A stretch of 63,911 nt of DNA, counting the filler, from Lenisia limosa (taxonomy: Eukaryota > Protista > Breviatea): the NCBI GenBank assembly GCA_001655205.1. It is 15 parts of 15 records of this genome, joined end to end, with 100 filler letters (N's around TTAATTAATTAA, not from the genome) between each part and the next. Parts side by side here need not be neighbours in the genome. Positions count along the whole stretch, not along the records: positions 22,283 to 24,422 come from LPNZ01009865.1; positions 24,523 to 28,819 come from LPNZ01006007.1; positions 28,920 to 46,206 come from LPNZ01008317.1; 12 more parts are not named here. One strand, written 5' to 3'. Made by a program: the position numbers and the translations under genes. The notes under the pieces are model-generated. The model did not search any database, was not told the origin of the DNA, and saw only the letters and a program-made list of their open reading frames with translations. Positions 22,483 to 34,599 of the stretch are shown in pieces (positions within the stretch are counted from its first letter, which is position 1; each line of letters opens with the position of its first letter).

Positions 22483-24422
22483 TACACTATGAAATACAGT
22501 GATCTCAAAAACACCGTCAGTTATGTTGAGNNNNNNNNNNNNNNNNNNNNNNNNNNNNNNNNNNNNNNNNNNNNNNNNNNNNNNNNNNNNNNNNNNNNNN
22601 NNNNNNNNNNNNNNNNNNNNNNNNNNNNNNNNNNNNNNNNNNNNNNNNNNNNNNNNNNNNNNNNNNNNNNNNNNNNNNNNNNNNNNNNNNNNNNNNNNNN
22701 NNNNNNNNNNNNNNNNNNNNNNNNNNNNNNNNNNNNNNNNNNNNNNNNNNNNNNNNNNNNNNNNNNNNNNNNNNCCGTCTGTTTGCTCGGCGAGCGATTT
22801 TCAGAAACGTTTCTCACCTGTCCCTTGACCGTCACGTCGTTCGACTCTCTTCAGGCTGTTCTCAAGTTCAATTTCACCGTGAGAGCGATAGGCATTTTTC
22901 AATACCCCTGAAAATAACTTGTGTGGACGGCTTTGGCCTGATACTATCTTGACACACTACATTCATATAATATCAAAAAACAACAATTGAGATGAATAAT
23001 ATGGTAATAGAAGATGNNNNNNNNNNNNNNNNNNNNNNNNNNNNNNNNNNNNNNNNNNNNNNNNNNNNNNNNNNNNNNNNNNNNNNNNNNNNNNNNNNNN
23101 NNNNNNNNNNNNNNNNNNNNNNNNNNNNNNNNNNNNNNNNNNNNNNNNNNNNNNNNNNNNNNNNNNNNNNNNNNNNNNNNNNNNNNNNNNTATGCTTGGA
23201 GTGTCAGATTATTCGGTTCGTGAGTAGTGTCGATATTGTACCGGTCTTTTTCGGACCGTAGGGAAGCCCTAATGATATCCAGTCTGTTGCAGTACAATAT
23301 TCTTCATAGAAATATCCTTCGTTTTACCCCTCCCCCCAGGTTGTCGCATCAAAACAGAACACGGCACACCTGGTCACAGGGGAGGTTGAAATGCGGTCCG
23401 CAGTCAAGCTTGAGCTGGTCAGTGTACTCCCCACGTCTTTTATCTACGACCGTGCTATTACTCCGGCACTGGAAATCAAGGTATGTATGAAGCGACTGGC
23501 TTGGGTTTTTGTTTGTTTGTTGTTTTCAACCCTCGTGTGTTGTCAGCCAACAGATTTTGTCCTTTTGTTTTTGTATAAATTTTCCCATTTTACCCCCCCT
23601 CCTCAGGTATTCCAGGACTCGCCCTCAGGGTCGGTAGTGACCGCAAATGCCAAAGTTGTCGCATCTGTGCCGGGCATAGGTGGGGTGATAGGGTATAGAT
23701 TATAATTACTAATCCCTAAAGTCCCCAAAAATGACTGAATTTCTCAATAAATCCTCTTTTTATCGATATTTTCGGGGGCAAAGTGGTTGATGTAATATGA
23801 TATGTTATTAGGACTTCCCTACAATCCCAAAAAAGACTAAATTCTAAATCCTTGATAAATATCGATATTTTCCAGTCTTTTTCGGACGAGGGAAGTCCGA
23901 CATATTTTGCTTGTGGCAGTCCTTTCGCATGTGGGCAGTCCCACTTCTTTTGAGTTTCTGTTTTTCATCCCTTCCTGCAATATCTCATAGTTATCCTTCA
24001 TTACCCCCCCCCCCCNNNNNNNNNNNNNNNNNNNNNNNNNNNNNNNNNNNNNNNNNNNNNNNNNNNNNNNNNNNNNNNNNNNNNNNNNNNNNNNNNNNNN
24101 NNNNNNNNNNNNNNNNNNNNNNNNNNNNNNNATGTTTAGTGACCTGCGACTGAAGGCGCTGGCTGAATCCGTGTACCAGGTTTGATGGGTGGTTGGGGGG
24201 AGTACTCAGCATTGAATTATAGTTGACATCAACAGCCAGATCATATACAGTGTCTTGACCGATTTTCCTTCGGAAATCATCAGCAAATCGGTCAAGACTT
24301 ATCCAGGTCAATGCTCCTGTACACGGACCACTTTTACCCTTCCCCCATCCAGATTCGAGTGACGAGCGGTGAAGCGGTTCTAGATTTAGCTGGCATCCAT
24401 ACTGCTAACTGCAGCCAGCAAA
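22483..24422 (+). CDS. Hypothetical beta-strand-rich protein (internal exons)
   Basis: Exon 23340-23480 is exactly 47 codons (VVASKQ...TPALEIK) and splices in frame to VFQDSPSGSVVTANAKVVASVPG; other exons give VCLLGERFSETFLTCPLTV, MFSDLRLKALAESVYQ and IRVTSGEAVLDLAG. Confidence 0.55.
23195..23339 (+). repeat. Family D repeat interrupted by an A2 MITE half, ending at a 3' splice site
   Basis: TTGGAGTGTCAGATTATTCGGTTCGTG, then an A2 right half (to ~23271), then AATATTCTTCATAGAAATATCCTTCGTTTTACCCCTCCCCCCAG|. Confidence 0.8.
23489..23606 (+). repeat. Family B repeat occupying almost the whole intron 23481-23606
   Basis: GTATGTATG, then AAGCGACTGGC...CCCATTTTACCCCCCCTCCTCAG|. Confidence 0.9.
23809..23901. 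mobile_element. Family A2 MITE
   Basis: TAGGACTTCCCTACAATCCC...TTTTTCGGACGAGGGAAGTCCGA. Confidence 0.75.
24248..24313. mobile_element. Family E Tc1/mariner-like MITE (degenerate)
   Basis: TA|CAGTGTCTTGACCGATTT...AAATCGGTCAAGACTTATCCAGGTCAATG matches 51323-51398. Confidence 0.75.
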
Positions 24423-24594
24423 NNNNNNNNNNNNNNNNNNNNNNNNNNNNNNNNNNNNNNNNNNNNTTAATTAATTAANNNNNNNNNNNNNNNNNNNNNN
24501 NNNNNNNNNNNNNNNNNNNNNNTTCTTAGCTATTAATATCATAATATCTTAATGTCATAATGTCATAATATCATATGATATAATATGACATACG

Positions 24595-24692
24595 TAGGGC
24601 TTCACTTCGGTTCGAAAAAAGAATAAATTCTTGAAAAATCCACGAAAGCTACCGATATTTTACTGGTCATTTTCGAACCGAAGTAAAGCCCA
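24595..24692. mobile_element. Family A MITE
   Basis: TAGGGCTTCACTTCGGTTCGAAAAAAG...TTTCGAACCGAAGTAAAGCCCA. Confidence 0.88.
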
Positions 24693-25851
24693 GTACATAT
24701 GTTCCTGACCCCCCAACGGTATTCTGGCCAACAGTTTCCATCTCATATTCCTTCTCTGCGGTCATGTTCTCCTCCTTCCTAAAGGGGAGTCAGGGGTTGA
24801 GGAGATATCGAGAAATTCAATCTTTTTTGGGACCGTAGGGAAGCCCTACGTATGGTACAATGGATCATGCTGTAGATTCAAATTGCAACAAAAAGGACTA
24901 TATCTAGATATGCGGTGGTGTTATCTGGCATCAAAAAAAGACAGAAAAGCGGTTTGACTTGAGACACAATGCTAAAATAATATCAAGAATTCTCTTCACG
25001 CACGCCAGCCCATATGTGTGTTAAAAAAACAAAATGCAAACAATAAAAGGACAACTTTTATAACTATTGATGTTCTTTAAAAAACAATCCTGACTAAAAA
25101 AAACCCCTAAAAATGAGGCAGAATTTGTTTTAGCGTCCAGTCTTTTCGCTCTTTTCGCTTTTCACTCTTTTCGAAGAGCTTTCAGGAAGTTCAGACATTT
25201 TCAGGGATGGTCAAACTACACAATGGTTGATTTGTTTTAGTAGCTGTAGTTAAAAAATACAGAGGGTTAAATGTGGTATTTATCTGAACAAAATTGAAAA
25301 AAAAAAGGGGGGGGGGTCAATTTTTGCAACTACAGACGTTTTTTTAAAATAAACAACTACGAGGTGTAACTATTGTTGATAATGTTGCAAAAATTGCCAC
25401 TCTATCTTCCAAAAAGATAACAACGTAAAGCCAAAAATATGACCGACTTTCAAGTCGAAACGATGGGCGAAGTTCACACTGGTTCCCCGTGTGTAATAGA
25501 GTTGACACAACCACAACCACCACCGCTACCATCACCTCACAATCACAATCACCACCACCACCACCATCATCATCACCATCACCATCGTCATTTTAGTATT
25601 ATTGGAATGAGAGAAGCAGAGGCCGCCTTACGAGGGGAGTGAAATCCAGTTTTGGACTGAGTTTGGAAGTAGGAAACTGCAGGTCTGATGTTGCCTTTAA
25701 GTAATTCACCTCCTCTACAGTGTAGTTCTATAACAGTAATGCCTAATAGCGCTTAGAGAGCAGAAAAGGGCCACTCACTGCTGAATAAACGACTAAAAGG
25801 CAAATCCGTGAATTGATTCTCTTTCCTTTGTTTTATCAATTTTTTCTACAG

Positions 25852-28690
25852 AAAGACCACGTCGATATGGAAACCCAATTTGTTGATTGGTAAGAGTATT
25901 ATCATTTTTGCATGGGTGACTTTGTAGGGACAACCTGTCTGACGAAGGATCCTTGGACAGTACTCCAACGGTAGGAGCCTTCTAACCCTAGCATGTGGTT
26001 GAAATGTTATAAAAATACGATTTAAGCAGGGTTTCTAGCATTAACTGACATACATACTTGTTTCTACCATCCCCTTAAAAGCGCATGCAGCGTGTTAGAA
26101 TCCCCAAAAATGAGGATTCAACAAAGCCACATGATGACCATGGTGAAAGCATATGACTTTCAGTGGTATTGTTGATTCGATTAATGTCAGAGATTCTTTG
26201 GCCTGACACCACCTTGTTTTATTTCTCATATAATAAGAAATACGAGCAGTAAAACCCTAACCGCAAGTCCTGACACGGATCTTGAGTTGTATCTTTGGTT
26301 CTGAGAATCTTTTTGCTTGACCGTTTTCAAAAATTCTTCATTCATCGTAATGGTGATAAATCGAAACTACTTGTCACAGAGATTTGAAGTTGTGTGTTCT
26401 GTAAAGTCTTTATTGTAACTGTTTATGATATGAGTTTTAGATCGGGAATTCGTATGAGATTTACCTGACTGTTTTAGATCGGGGAATTTGTGGTGTATTC
26501 TGAAGGCAAAGTCATTGAGGTCCACACGTTGGAAGCAAAGGATTACGTCATCGGCAAAAACCCCCAAGGTATGGATTTATTGAGGGCTTCCCTGCGCTGA
26601 ATTTCTCGATTATATCGATATTTTAACGGACTTTTTCGGACTCTAGGGAAGTATTAGCTGTTGGATATGGTATGATATATACCCCTTCATAATTCTCCCC
26701 TTTTATGCTGGAGGGATGGGCTGTGATGCTGCAGAAGCGACCGGCCTGGGCTTTGTTTGTTTTGTTCTTATCAACCCTCGTGTGTTTTCAACAGAGAGTA
26801 CAATATTGTTTTATAAATATATGAAATGATTTACTGAAGATAAAGCTCAATACTCATGTGACTAATCACAGTCAGTACATATCATAATTTCTAAGGATGA
26901 ATGTAGAAAGCTGTGCCCAGAGTTGTAAGGAAAATGATTGGATAAGTTTGTTTCATATATATCATAATCCAATATCTCCCAATGCTCTTGATGGGGCAAA
27001 AGCCTCCTATTATTGTACCATCTCAATAAATGATGTGGTACTACAGGAACCACTGGGGCTTTTTGTTTTGATCTTTTCAACCCTTGAGTGTTTCTAGTCA
27101 ACAGAGTTGATTTTGGGCTTTTTTGTTTCATAATTTTCCCAATTTTACTCCCCCCCCCCCAGGTTCAGATATTCTTATCGATGCTGCTTCGGTATCAGGC
27201 AAACATGCCACTCTATGTGGGGGGGGGGGNNNNNNNNNNNNNNNNNNNNNNNNNNNNNNNNNNNNNNNNNNNNNNNNNNNNNNNNNNNNNNNNNNNTATG
27301 ACATTGCTTATCAAAAAATACCACTTTTACTTTTTTTTGTTTTGTTTTTTTACACATATTACATTAAAAACAAAAAAAAATTACTCGCTATCCACATCGT
27401 ACTCCCCATACACACACACTATTTGCGCGCACTTTCGAGTGTAATAAAAATGATATAGTTGAAACTATACAATATTTTATCTTCACACACTATAATCACG
27501 CAATATCTTGTGCTCACGCCTCAGCTTGTACCGCGGCCGGGGTGATGATCCGAGATGAGGGCTCCTCAAATGGCACCCGCATTTATTCGTGGGGGGTGCC
27601 ATTTTACCACTTTTTGTCATTATACATACATACAGTATATTAGTACATTATATTTTTTACCATGTTTTTTTTGACATTTCCTTGTTGACATGGATACAGG
27701 GGAGCGGCACAATTTCCGCATTTGAAGAATTATCGCAAAATCACACCAAAAGAACACTACCACGTGAATTCAGGCAGCCATATTGCATTTGGTGGGATGG
27801 AGTTTGTATACTCATCCGGATGGGAGTGAAGTAGAGCTTCACGTCAGTTCAAAAAACTCGGTAAAATATCGATAGTTTTCGAGGATTTATCGAGAAATTC
27901 AGCCTTTTTTTTGAACCGAAGTGAAGCCCTGGTTGTATTATTTTTTACTATTCATTTTCTGGATGGGGGTGACGCTCTGTTGAAGTTTGGAGACTCTCAG
28001 CAGCCTCTGAAGGGCAGAATACAATGAATGAAATTCCTCACAATTTAGGACGGATAGTGTGTCGTTACTTCGATGGGGTTGGTAATGTGGCTTCTCGGAA
28101 CGTTTCCGTATCGCCTGATGCGAATCAAGTTGGATCTAATAATTCGGTACAGGGTGGGGTCTTAAGTAAATTGGCTTTTGCAATAATCTTCAAATTCTTA
28201 TTATTTTTTAACAACCTTCAAATTCTTACCACTTTGATTCAAAATTATTACTATCCTCCAGTTTTTATTACTTCCAGCAAGTATCGGAGGGGAGTGCCAC
28301 AGACGAGTCGAATGATGAGTGCGTTGTGATCCAGGAAGGTTTGGACTGAGGAGGTTAATGTTTGAACAAAGAAGAATTAAGGGGTGAGGGCTTTGGAATT
28401 AATGTTTAAACAGAGACATTTTTTGTTGTGAAGATTAGGGGTGGAGGAATATGGTGTATGTACCCCTTCATAAACCCCCGCTCTCCCTGGAGTGATTGGA
28501 TGCGGTGCTGCAGAAGTGACTGGCCTGGGCTTTGTTTGTTTTGTAACCTTCGTGTGTTGTCAGTCGATAGAGTTGATTTTGGGCCTTTTTGTTCAATCAA
28601 TCCATTTTACCCTCCCCCCTCCTCCTCTCACCCCCTAGACGAACCCGAGCCACCAAGGCCACTTCCCTCGATAGCAACCATGGCGATGCC
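25852..28690 (+). CDS. FHA-domain protein
   Basis: Spliced GKVIEVHTLEAKDYVIGKNPQ-GSDILIDAASVSGKHATL ... VMIRDEGSSNGTRI ... YHVNSGSHIAFGG shows the FHA motifs (IG, S..HA, D.GS.NGT, I.FG); low-complexity acidic exons flank it. Confidence 0.8.
27046..27162 (+). repeat. Family B repeat forming the 3' end of an FHA-gene intron
   Basis: ...GTCAACAGAGTTGATTTTGGGC...CATAATTTTCCCAATTTTACTCCCCCCCCCCCAG|GTTCAG. A second partial B copy lies at 26707-26797 in the same intron. Confidence 0.9.
27832..27931. mobile_element. Family A MITE
   Basis: TAGAGCTTCACGTCAGTTC...GAACCGAAGTGAAGCCCTG. Confidence 0.88.
28488..28638 (+). repeat. Family B repeat, full length, running to an acceptor
   Basis: TGGAGTGATTGGATGCGGTGCTGCAGAAGTGACTGGCCTGGG...CCATTTTACCCTCCCCCTCCTCCTCTCACCCCCTAG|. 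Confidence 0.9.
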
Positions 28691-29039
28691 GTATGGGGAG
28701 GAGACTTTGAACAGTTTGTTATTATTGGGCTTATTGGGTAAATTAACGATGGTGATGGTAATGATAGTGTTGATAATGATGGTGATGATGAAGATGACGT
28801 TGAAGAAGAAGAAGGTGATNNNNNNNNNNNNNNNNNNNNNNNNNNNNNNNNNNNNNNNNNNNNTTAATTAATTAANNNNNNNNNNNNNNNNNNNNNNNNN
28901 NNNNNNNNNNNNNNNNNNNCTGAAAGCAGCTGAAATGAAACCACCACTCGTGTTGGTTACGCTTCTATGGCAGTTCAAGATTTCAGAAATGTGTTCAATT
29001 GTTAATAGAATATCATGACTATTCACCCCACACACAGTG

Positions 29040-32000
29040 TGAGGAGGATGAGGTGGAAGACTTTCGGACACCACCGCTTCGAACTGGGCGTCTGTTTCAC
29101 TCGACGGCCGTGACGGCCGGACAGACATGTAGGCTTCCCGCGACAACGACGGCAGATCACACACCGATGACGTGGGCGTTGTGGATGGTGAGCCAACGGA
29201 ACTGTCGTTAAGGAAGCCGGACCGAGACCGTGGCCGTGCGAAGTCAAGAAGATCGTCAAGGCCATCGAATGACCTACCGAGGTGAGTTACAAAAGTAATG
29301 TACTGGCAAAATACGTGAAAATGAGTGCGTTGTTTCAAAAGTCCTTCACACAATTTGATAAATACAGTTTACAATATCATACTATACATGTATACATCGA
29401 GGCCAAGAAATACTATTTTACTTTAGAACGGATAAGAAACCCGGAGCACTCCTCCACCTGTATGATGTAGCTGAGCCTCGAAGAGCCGAATTGGATCTGA
29501 TAATCGGAGTGTAGCTTGGAGCAACGGAAGGGGAGTGTGATGGGGTGTCTGGAAGCATACTTTGGTATCTACGGGGAGAGGGTGACGGAAACATAAAAAC
29601 ATTCAGAGCACATGATATATTGAAATGTCAACCATTGAAAATTTCGGTGATTTTTGGACAATCGCTCTTAGCCTGCACAATCAGCCCCACTCACACAGGG
29701 TGGTTGGCGACTGATCCTCTTCGGAAGAGAGGAGTCATTGAGGTTCGGTCCTGGAGGGGTCAATGATAGTCCAAAACATGATTCGATATTGACAAATTAT
29801 CAATATCGCATGCCCACTTGTCCGTTCATAGGAACACCCCCATACACTCTACCCTTCCAACCTGATCAACATAAGCTAGGTCCATGTATCCGACTCCTTT
29901 GAGGTATTCAGGAGCGCGCGGGGTGATGGTGAGCCCGTGTGTTTTACGGGCAACATTACCGAGGACATTAGTCTGCCTGTCGGTTTGTTGGGGTGACTGT
30001 GGACGGCTATTCGGAGGACTGTGATTGGTCAGAGAAACGCATGAAATAAAAGAAATAAGGCAAATTGTTGAGTTTAATATAAATAACAATTTTCATTGAA
30101 TATCTTCCCCCTTTGACCTCCCCCTCCCCCCTCTACCTGACATAGTCCTTTTCAGACATGGCACCAATACGAGGACTCAGGAACCTGGTACTCATGGTTG
30201 GCTCCACCTTAGAGGTCAACAGTTGCTGGAAAACGATATTACAGGGGGAAAATCACATTCAAACGACTTGCCGTAAACCCATGCACGCATAAAACACTAA
30301 CTTTGGGGGTGGGTGGGAGGGATTCAAGCTCAGTTGGGGGCAGGCTGGCGCTGGAGCGAAATTGTGATGTCACAGTCTGTGTAAATTAGAAAAACCCTGG
30401 AATCGAAGCTGCAGGGTAGAAATTTAACACCAAAAAAACAGAAGAAAAACGCCGAATACCAATGGGGCTGACTGGAACTGGGGGCAAATGTCAAGGACGA
30501 GGTGAGCCGAAATACCAACACGTGACGGAGGGCTTGCCATTGCAATCTGAATGATGAAGAGATGGTTTATCACGTCTTCACTCCTCTAAACCTGGACTAA
30601 AGATGGAAAGATATGACTCGTGTTCCTAAAAGTTTGATGATATATATATTGTATTCTAATATAGAACCTAATTGCAAGATTTGATTAAATTATAAACTGA
30701 AGGCTTTCCATGTTCCACGCTCACCCTTGAGGTTGTATTGACCACATCACCGAGAATGCTGAATTGATAGGACGAAGAACCTAAAAAGAGTCATAAAAAA
30801 ATTGGGGTTAGCGAAAGTAGAAATCCGTGAACAGAGTTGTAATACTAATACTGGCATATGGTCAAAATAGTTGATATTCTTGGTTTTTCTACTTCACAAA
30901 TCTCCATTTACCTACCTACAATACCCGACACTACAGAACCCAGATGCACGCCTGCTTTACAGGGCCATAATCGTGGGGCCACGCGGACCTTCTATATTAG
31001 AGAAAACCAATCGACAGCATGTTTATGAAAACATCTTATAAATCTGAGTAGCACAATTGCCCACCATCGCCAAAGCCAAAGCAATAGCGCGTCTCGAACC
31101 ATCGGGTACGAAGTCGGGAATGCCAAAGCAGACCAGGAAACAATCGGCCAGATGTTCAACCTGCTTGGTGAACCAGAAAACAAAACCGATAACTGCAACA
31201 TATTGTGGGATAAAGCTGGGATCGACACAGAGCTCTCCTCCATCCTCTAAGTCCAACTTTGAAGGCCGGGGCGTGGGCCTCAATGAGATTGTCCCACCGC
31301 CTGAACAGCTGGTTCAACGCCACCGACACAATTGAGGCGGGCTAAGGTGTCAGAGTGAGTGTTTAGTTCATAATCGCGTGCAATGTCGAATTGACGAATC
31401 ACAAATAGTTCATGTTTCGAATCCGTCAGCATTTAACGTCAAAAAAGGCGGAATTTTTCGACAAATGTCGATACTTTAATGGTCTTTTTTTTTCTGATTG
31501 GAGTGAAGCTTTTGCGTGCCTCCCCAGAATGACATCGACTGAGCTTTTGAGGCCCCAGAATAACTAACCTGGTTTGAGGACAGCATGACAAAGTCGTCCA
31601 AATAGGCGAAAATAACGGACACATGCTCGTGCTAAAGCAGTCACTAATCCACAGTTGATATTATAGTACTGTATGATAAATAATATTTTCACTATCTTTC
31701 TCAGATCAAAAAAAACCATCAAAGGTTCAATATTATCGAGATTTCTGTTTCAAACTATGGTATTCATCTAAGGTTTGTAATTATTTTAGAACACGATGAA
31801 ACTTTTTCATATCTCCCCTTACCGCCACCCCTACCTTCTCAGTCGCAGCCCATACGTTCCCACCACCATCATGAAGGATGGATATGACGTGTTTTGGCAG
31901 GGCTGACCGGATGAAGAGGTCCATTCGCCGCTGGAGAGTGAGGGGAGAATGGAGGAATGGAGGTTGTATAAATGAGTAAAGGGACGTTGTAAACATGAGC

Positions 32001-33677
32001 GTGGTCACCCCTTCTCCATTGTGACAGTGCTGCACCCGCTCAAAAAACATACTGTCAGGTTTTCACCTCCCTTTTCAAAATGGCTTTTGTCGAAAAATGT
32101 AGTTTTCATTTGTATGAGCAGAATAGAAAAAGCCCCCCCAACCTGCTCGACTGAGACTCGGTTATGCTCCATAGCAGTAGCACACGCAACGGCAGCGCGC
32201 ATTCGGAGAAACCAACGGCCATGTGACCAGTTGACCATAACGTGCACAAGGACAATGAATGGGTAGAGGAAGGATGCTATGGGGTCAAAGGGTGATCATG
32301 TAACCGAAGTGAAAATATACTGTGTCGTGATATAACTACTTTTATTTGATTATTTAAGTTGCTGGGATAAAGAGAAACTGGGATTAGGAGAAAAGGCTGT
32401 TTTACTTTGTGAATATTGATACCAGTCTATATGACCCCCCCCCCCCACGTTGACGCTGGTCTTTGAAGAATACTGGGACAAACACGAATCCAGACAAGCA
32501 GACAAAAAATACCATGGCTGTCTGAGCAAACTGCGAAGGTTAGGCTAATAACTGAAATTCAGGAGGATAGCGTTCTTGTTTCTGAATATTCTATGTTAAT
32601 GGGGTCTTCAAAACACGAAATGTTAAAAATATTAGAGTTTCATCGTTGGAAGCGTGGTATTTAGAGGCCTGACATCTCTGTAACAAAGGAATAAAACCAA
32701 CCCAAACCTGTGCGTGTTTGAACGTCAACCCAGAAGACGAGAAAATAGTGACCATAAGAACGCCGAGAAGTCCAATGGACATGTCTCCCCAAAAGTCCTC
32801 ATTATACCCTGGTTCAGTTATCCTAGCCTTTTGGAACTATCAGAGAAAGGGCATTACTTCAATTCAAAGTTATTTATTGGGAAATTCACCCACAACAGCT
32901 TACTGAATAAGAGGCAAAGAATGTAGAGCAATGAATAGATCACCCAGTGGTACATGATTAGACCCTAAAAGTAAATAAGATGATACAAGAATTGTGTATT
33001 GTCGCAAAAGCCACAAGACAAAAACAAATTAAGTTTTGACTTGAAGAGCATATACAAAACAATCCTCCAACCTGGTAAAATGAAGCTTCGGGCTTGGAGG
33101 AGACAAGGCTCTTTAGGGACACCATAACAAAAATGGCGACAAGGCGCAGCAAAATCGAGATTAAGAGATCCCATGATGAAATCGCGTCATCTGGGGGGTG
33201 AGGTAATTGTTGTTTTGATACGATTGAAATCAAAGATCAAAGAAGGACAAAATAATACTGTGGGAGCAAATAAGAATACAAAGAGGCAGCACCACACACA
33301 CAATACAAATAACACACAACATACACAAACTAAGTCAGGGGAGAAATGACGTACCCATTTCAACGACATTGGATCCAGAGCCGCATGAATTGACCCAAAA
33401 ATTGTACGCCACAACAAACAACCACAAAAAGTTTCGAATTCCAGACAAATTTCAATCCTTTTACTTATACCCCCCGATGAAATGACAAGGCTCAAACACC
33501 GCCTCACCTTCATACGCAAGGCTCACATCGCAGAGAAGCTACACACAATTAAACTGATAAAACAACAGGATTTGCTATCCTTTCTAAAATGCTTACAACA
33601 ATCACGTTTAACACTAAGTGGATGGCTGCTGTTGTACTTGCAAATCTCATATTCTCTTCGTGGCTGACCTCGTCCAT
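29040..33677 (-). CDS. Transmembrane class III adenylyl/guanylyl cyclase-like protein with degenerate active site and FHA-like C-terminal region
   Basis: ATG 33677; several hydrophobic exons; then RWFLRMR...EQ-RRMDLFIRSALPKHVISILHDG...ATEK-HVSVIFAYLDDFVMLSS-ALNQLFRRWDNLIEAH...FK-VEHLADCFLVCFGIP...RRAIALALAM-CKAGVHLGSVVSGIVG-SSSYQFSILGDVVNTTSR, colinear with the cyclase homology domain; later VARKTH...LHSDYQIQFGSSRLSYII (FHA-like). Confidence 0.82.
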
Positions 33678-34490
33678 ATCAATCTGAAAAGGTGAATCAC
33701 GACATAAAGATCAAAATTCATCATTATATTAGATTATTTATATAAAGAGCGTTAGAAGAGGCTTAAAGAGAGAGTGGCTCACCTCAGTAACAACGCCCGT
33801 TGAATAGAGGCTGTGGCTGTCATTCTCGGTCGTACTAAACGAACAGTAAAATAATAAATTAGCGTTATGACTACCTGACAGTGGCCTGTGAAGCGTGTGA
33901 GGTGCCTCTAGAGCGAGTAAACGACACTGAACTATCGGATGACTTATCAGACGCCTTGTCATCCTCTTTTAAACGTTGTGATATTCGATAATTCGAAGAA
34001 GTGCTCTGTGCTGAGCGAAGGCGGGCAGAGTGCATCGTGATGAAACTCAGAGACTAAACTGCATTTCTTTCATTGTATTCACTCACAGCAATAATAGAGA
34101 TTATAAAACATTGACATATTATTACTTACAGATAGTTAAGGACTGGACGGAGGAAGAGGATTTTATCCGTCTCCGAGCCAGAGCCGTTACTAATTCTTTT
34201 CAGTTTCACAGATTTTTTTAAAAATATTACTTTGCTGATTGGGTTATTGGGTTCACTGCATTTGCACTGCATGCGGTGAAAATAGTTATATGTGGCAAAC
34301 TTCGAACTCATACCTCCAGATTACCAAGCAAACCTGTATCAATACACAGTATCTAGTATACAAAATAGAAACTTAGATAAACCTAAAAAAAACAAAGTCC
34401 TGTTGTCAGTCCATTCGGAGTAATGCAGTCTGAATAATCAACAACATTCACACAATAGAATTTGATCATAAGATATAGATGGAAGATACA

Positions 34491-34559
34491 TATATGTAAG
34501 TCCTTCATATGTCCTGGAAGGGTATATGTAAGTCCTTCATATGTCCTGGAAGGGTATAT
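34491..34559. repeat. Exact 32-bp tandem duplication
   Basis: TATATGTAAGTCCTTCATATGTCCTGGAAGGG x2. Confidence 0.92.
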
Positions 34560-34599
34560 ATTGCCCAATCGTTTTTAGGCAGCGAAGCTCCCATTACCC

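Noticed and set aside
25540-25590. Poly-His ORFs (also 60789-61088)
   Set aside because: CAC/CAT microsatellites in non-exonic context; no supporting splice structure.
29040-29280. Plus-strand frame with a single in-frame TAG suggesting readthrough
   Set aside because: The minus strand is fully open with proper AG/GT borders and continues the cyclase gene; the plus frame is its antisense shadow.
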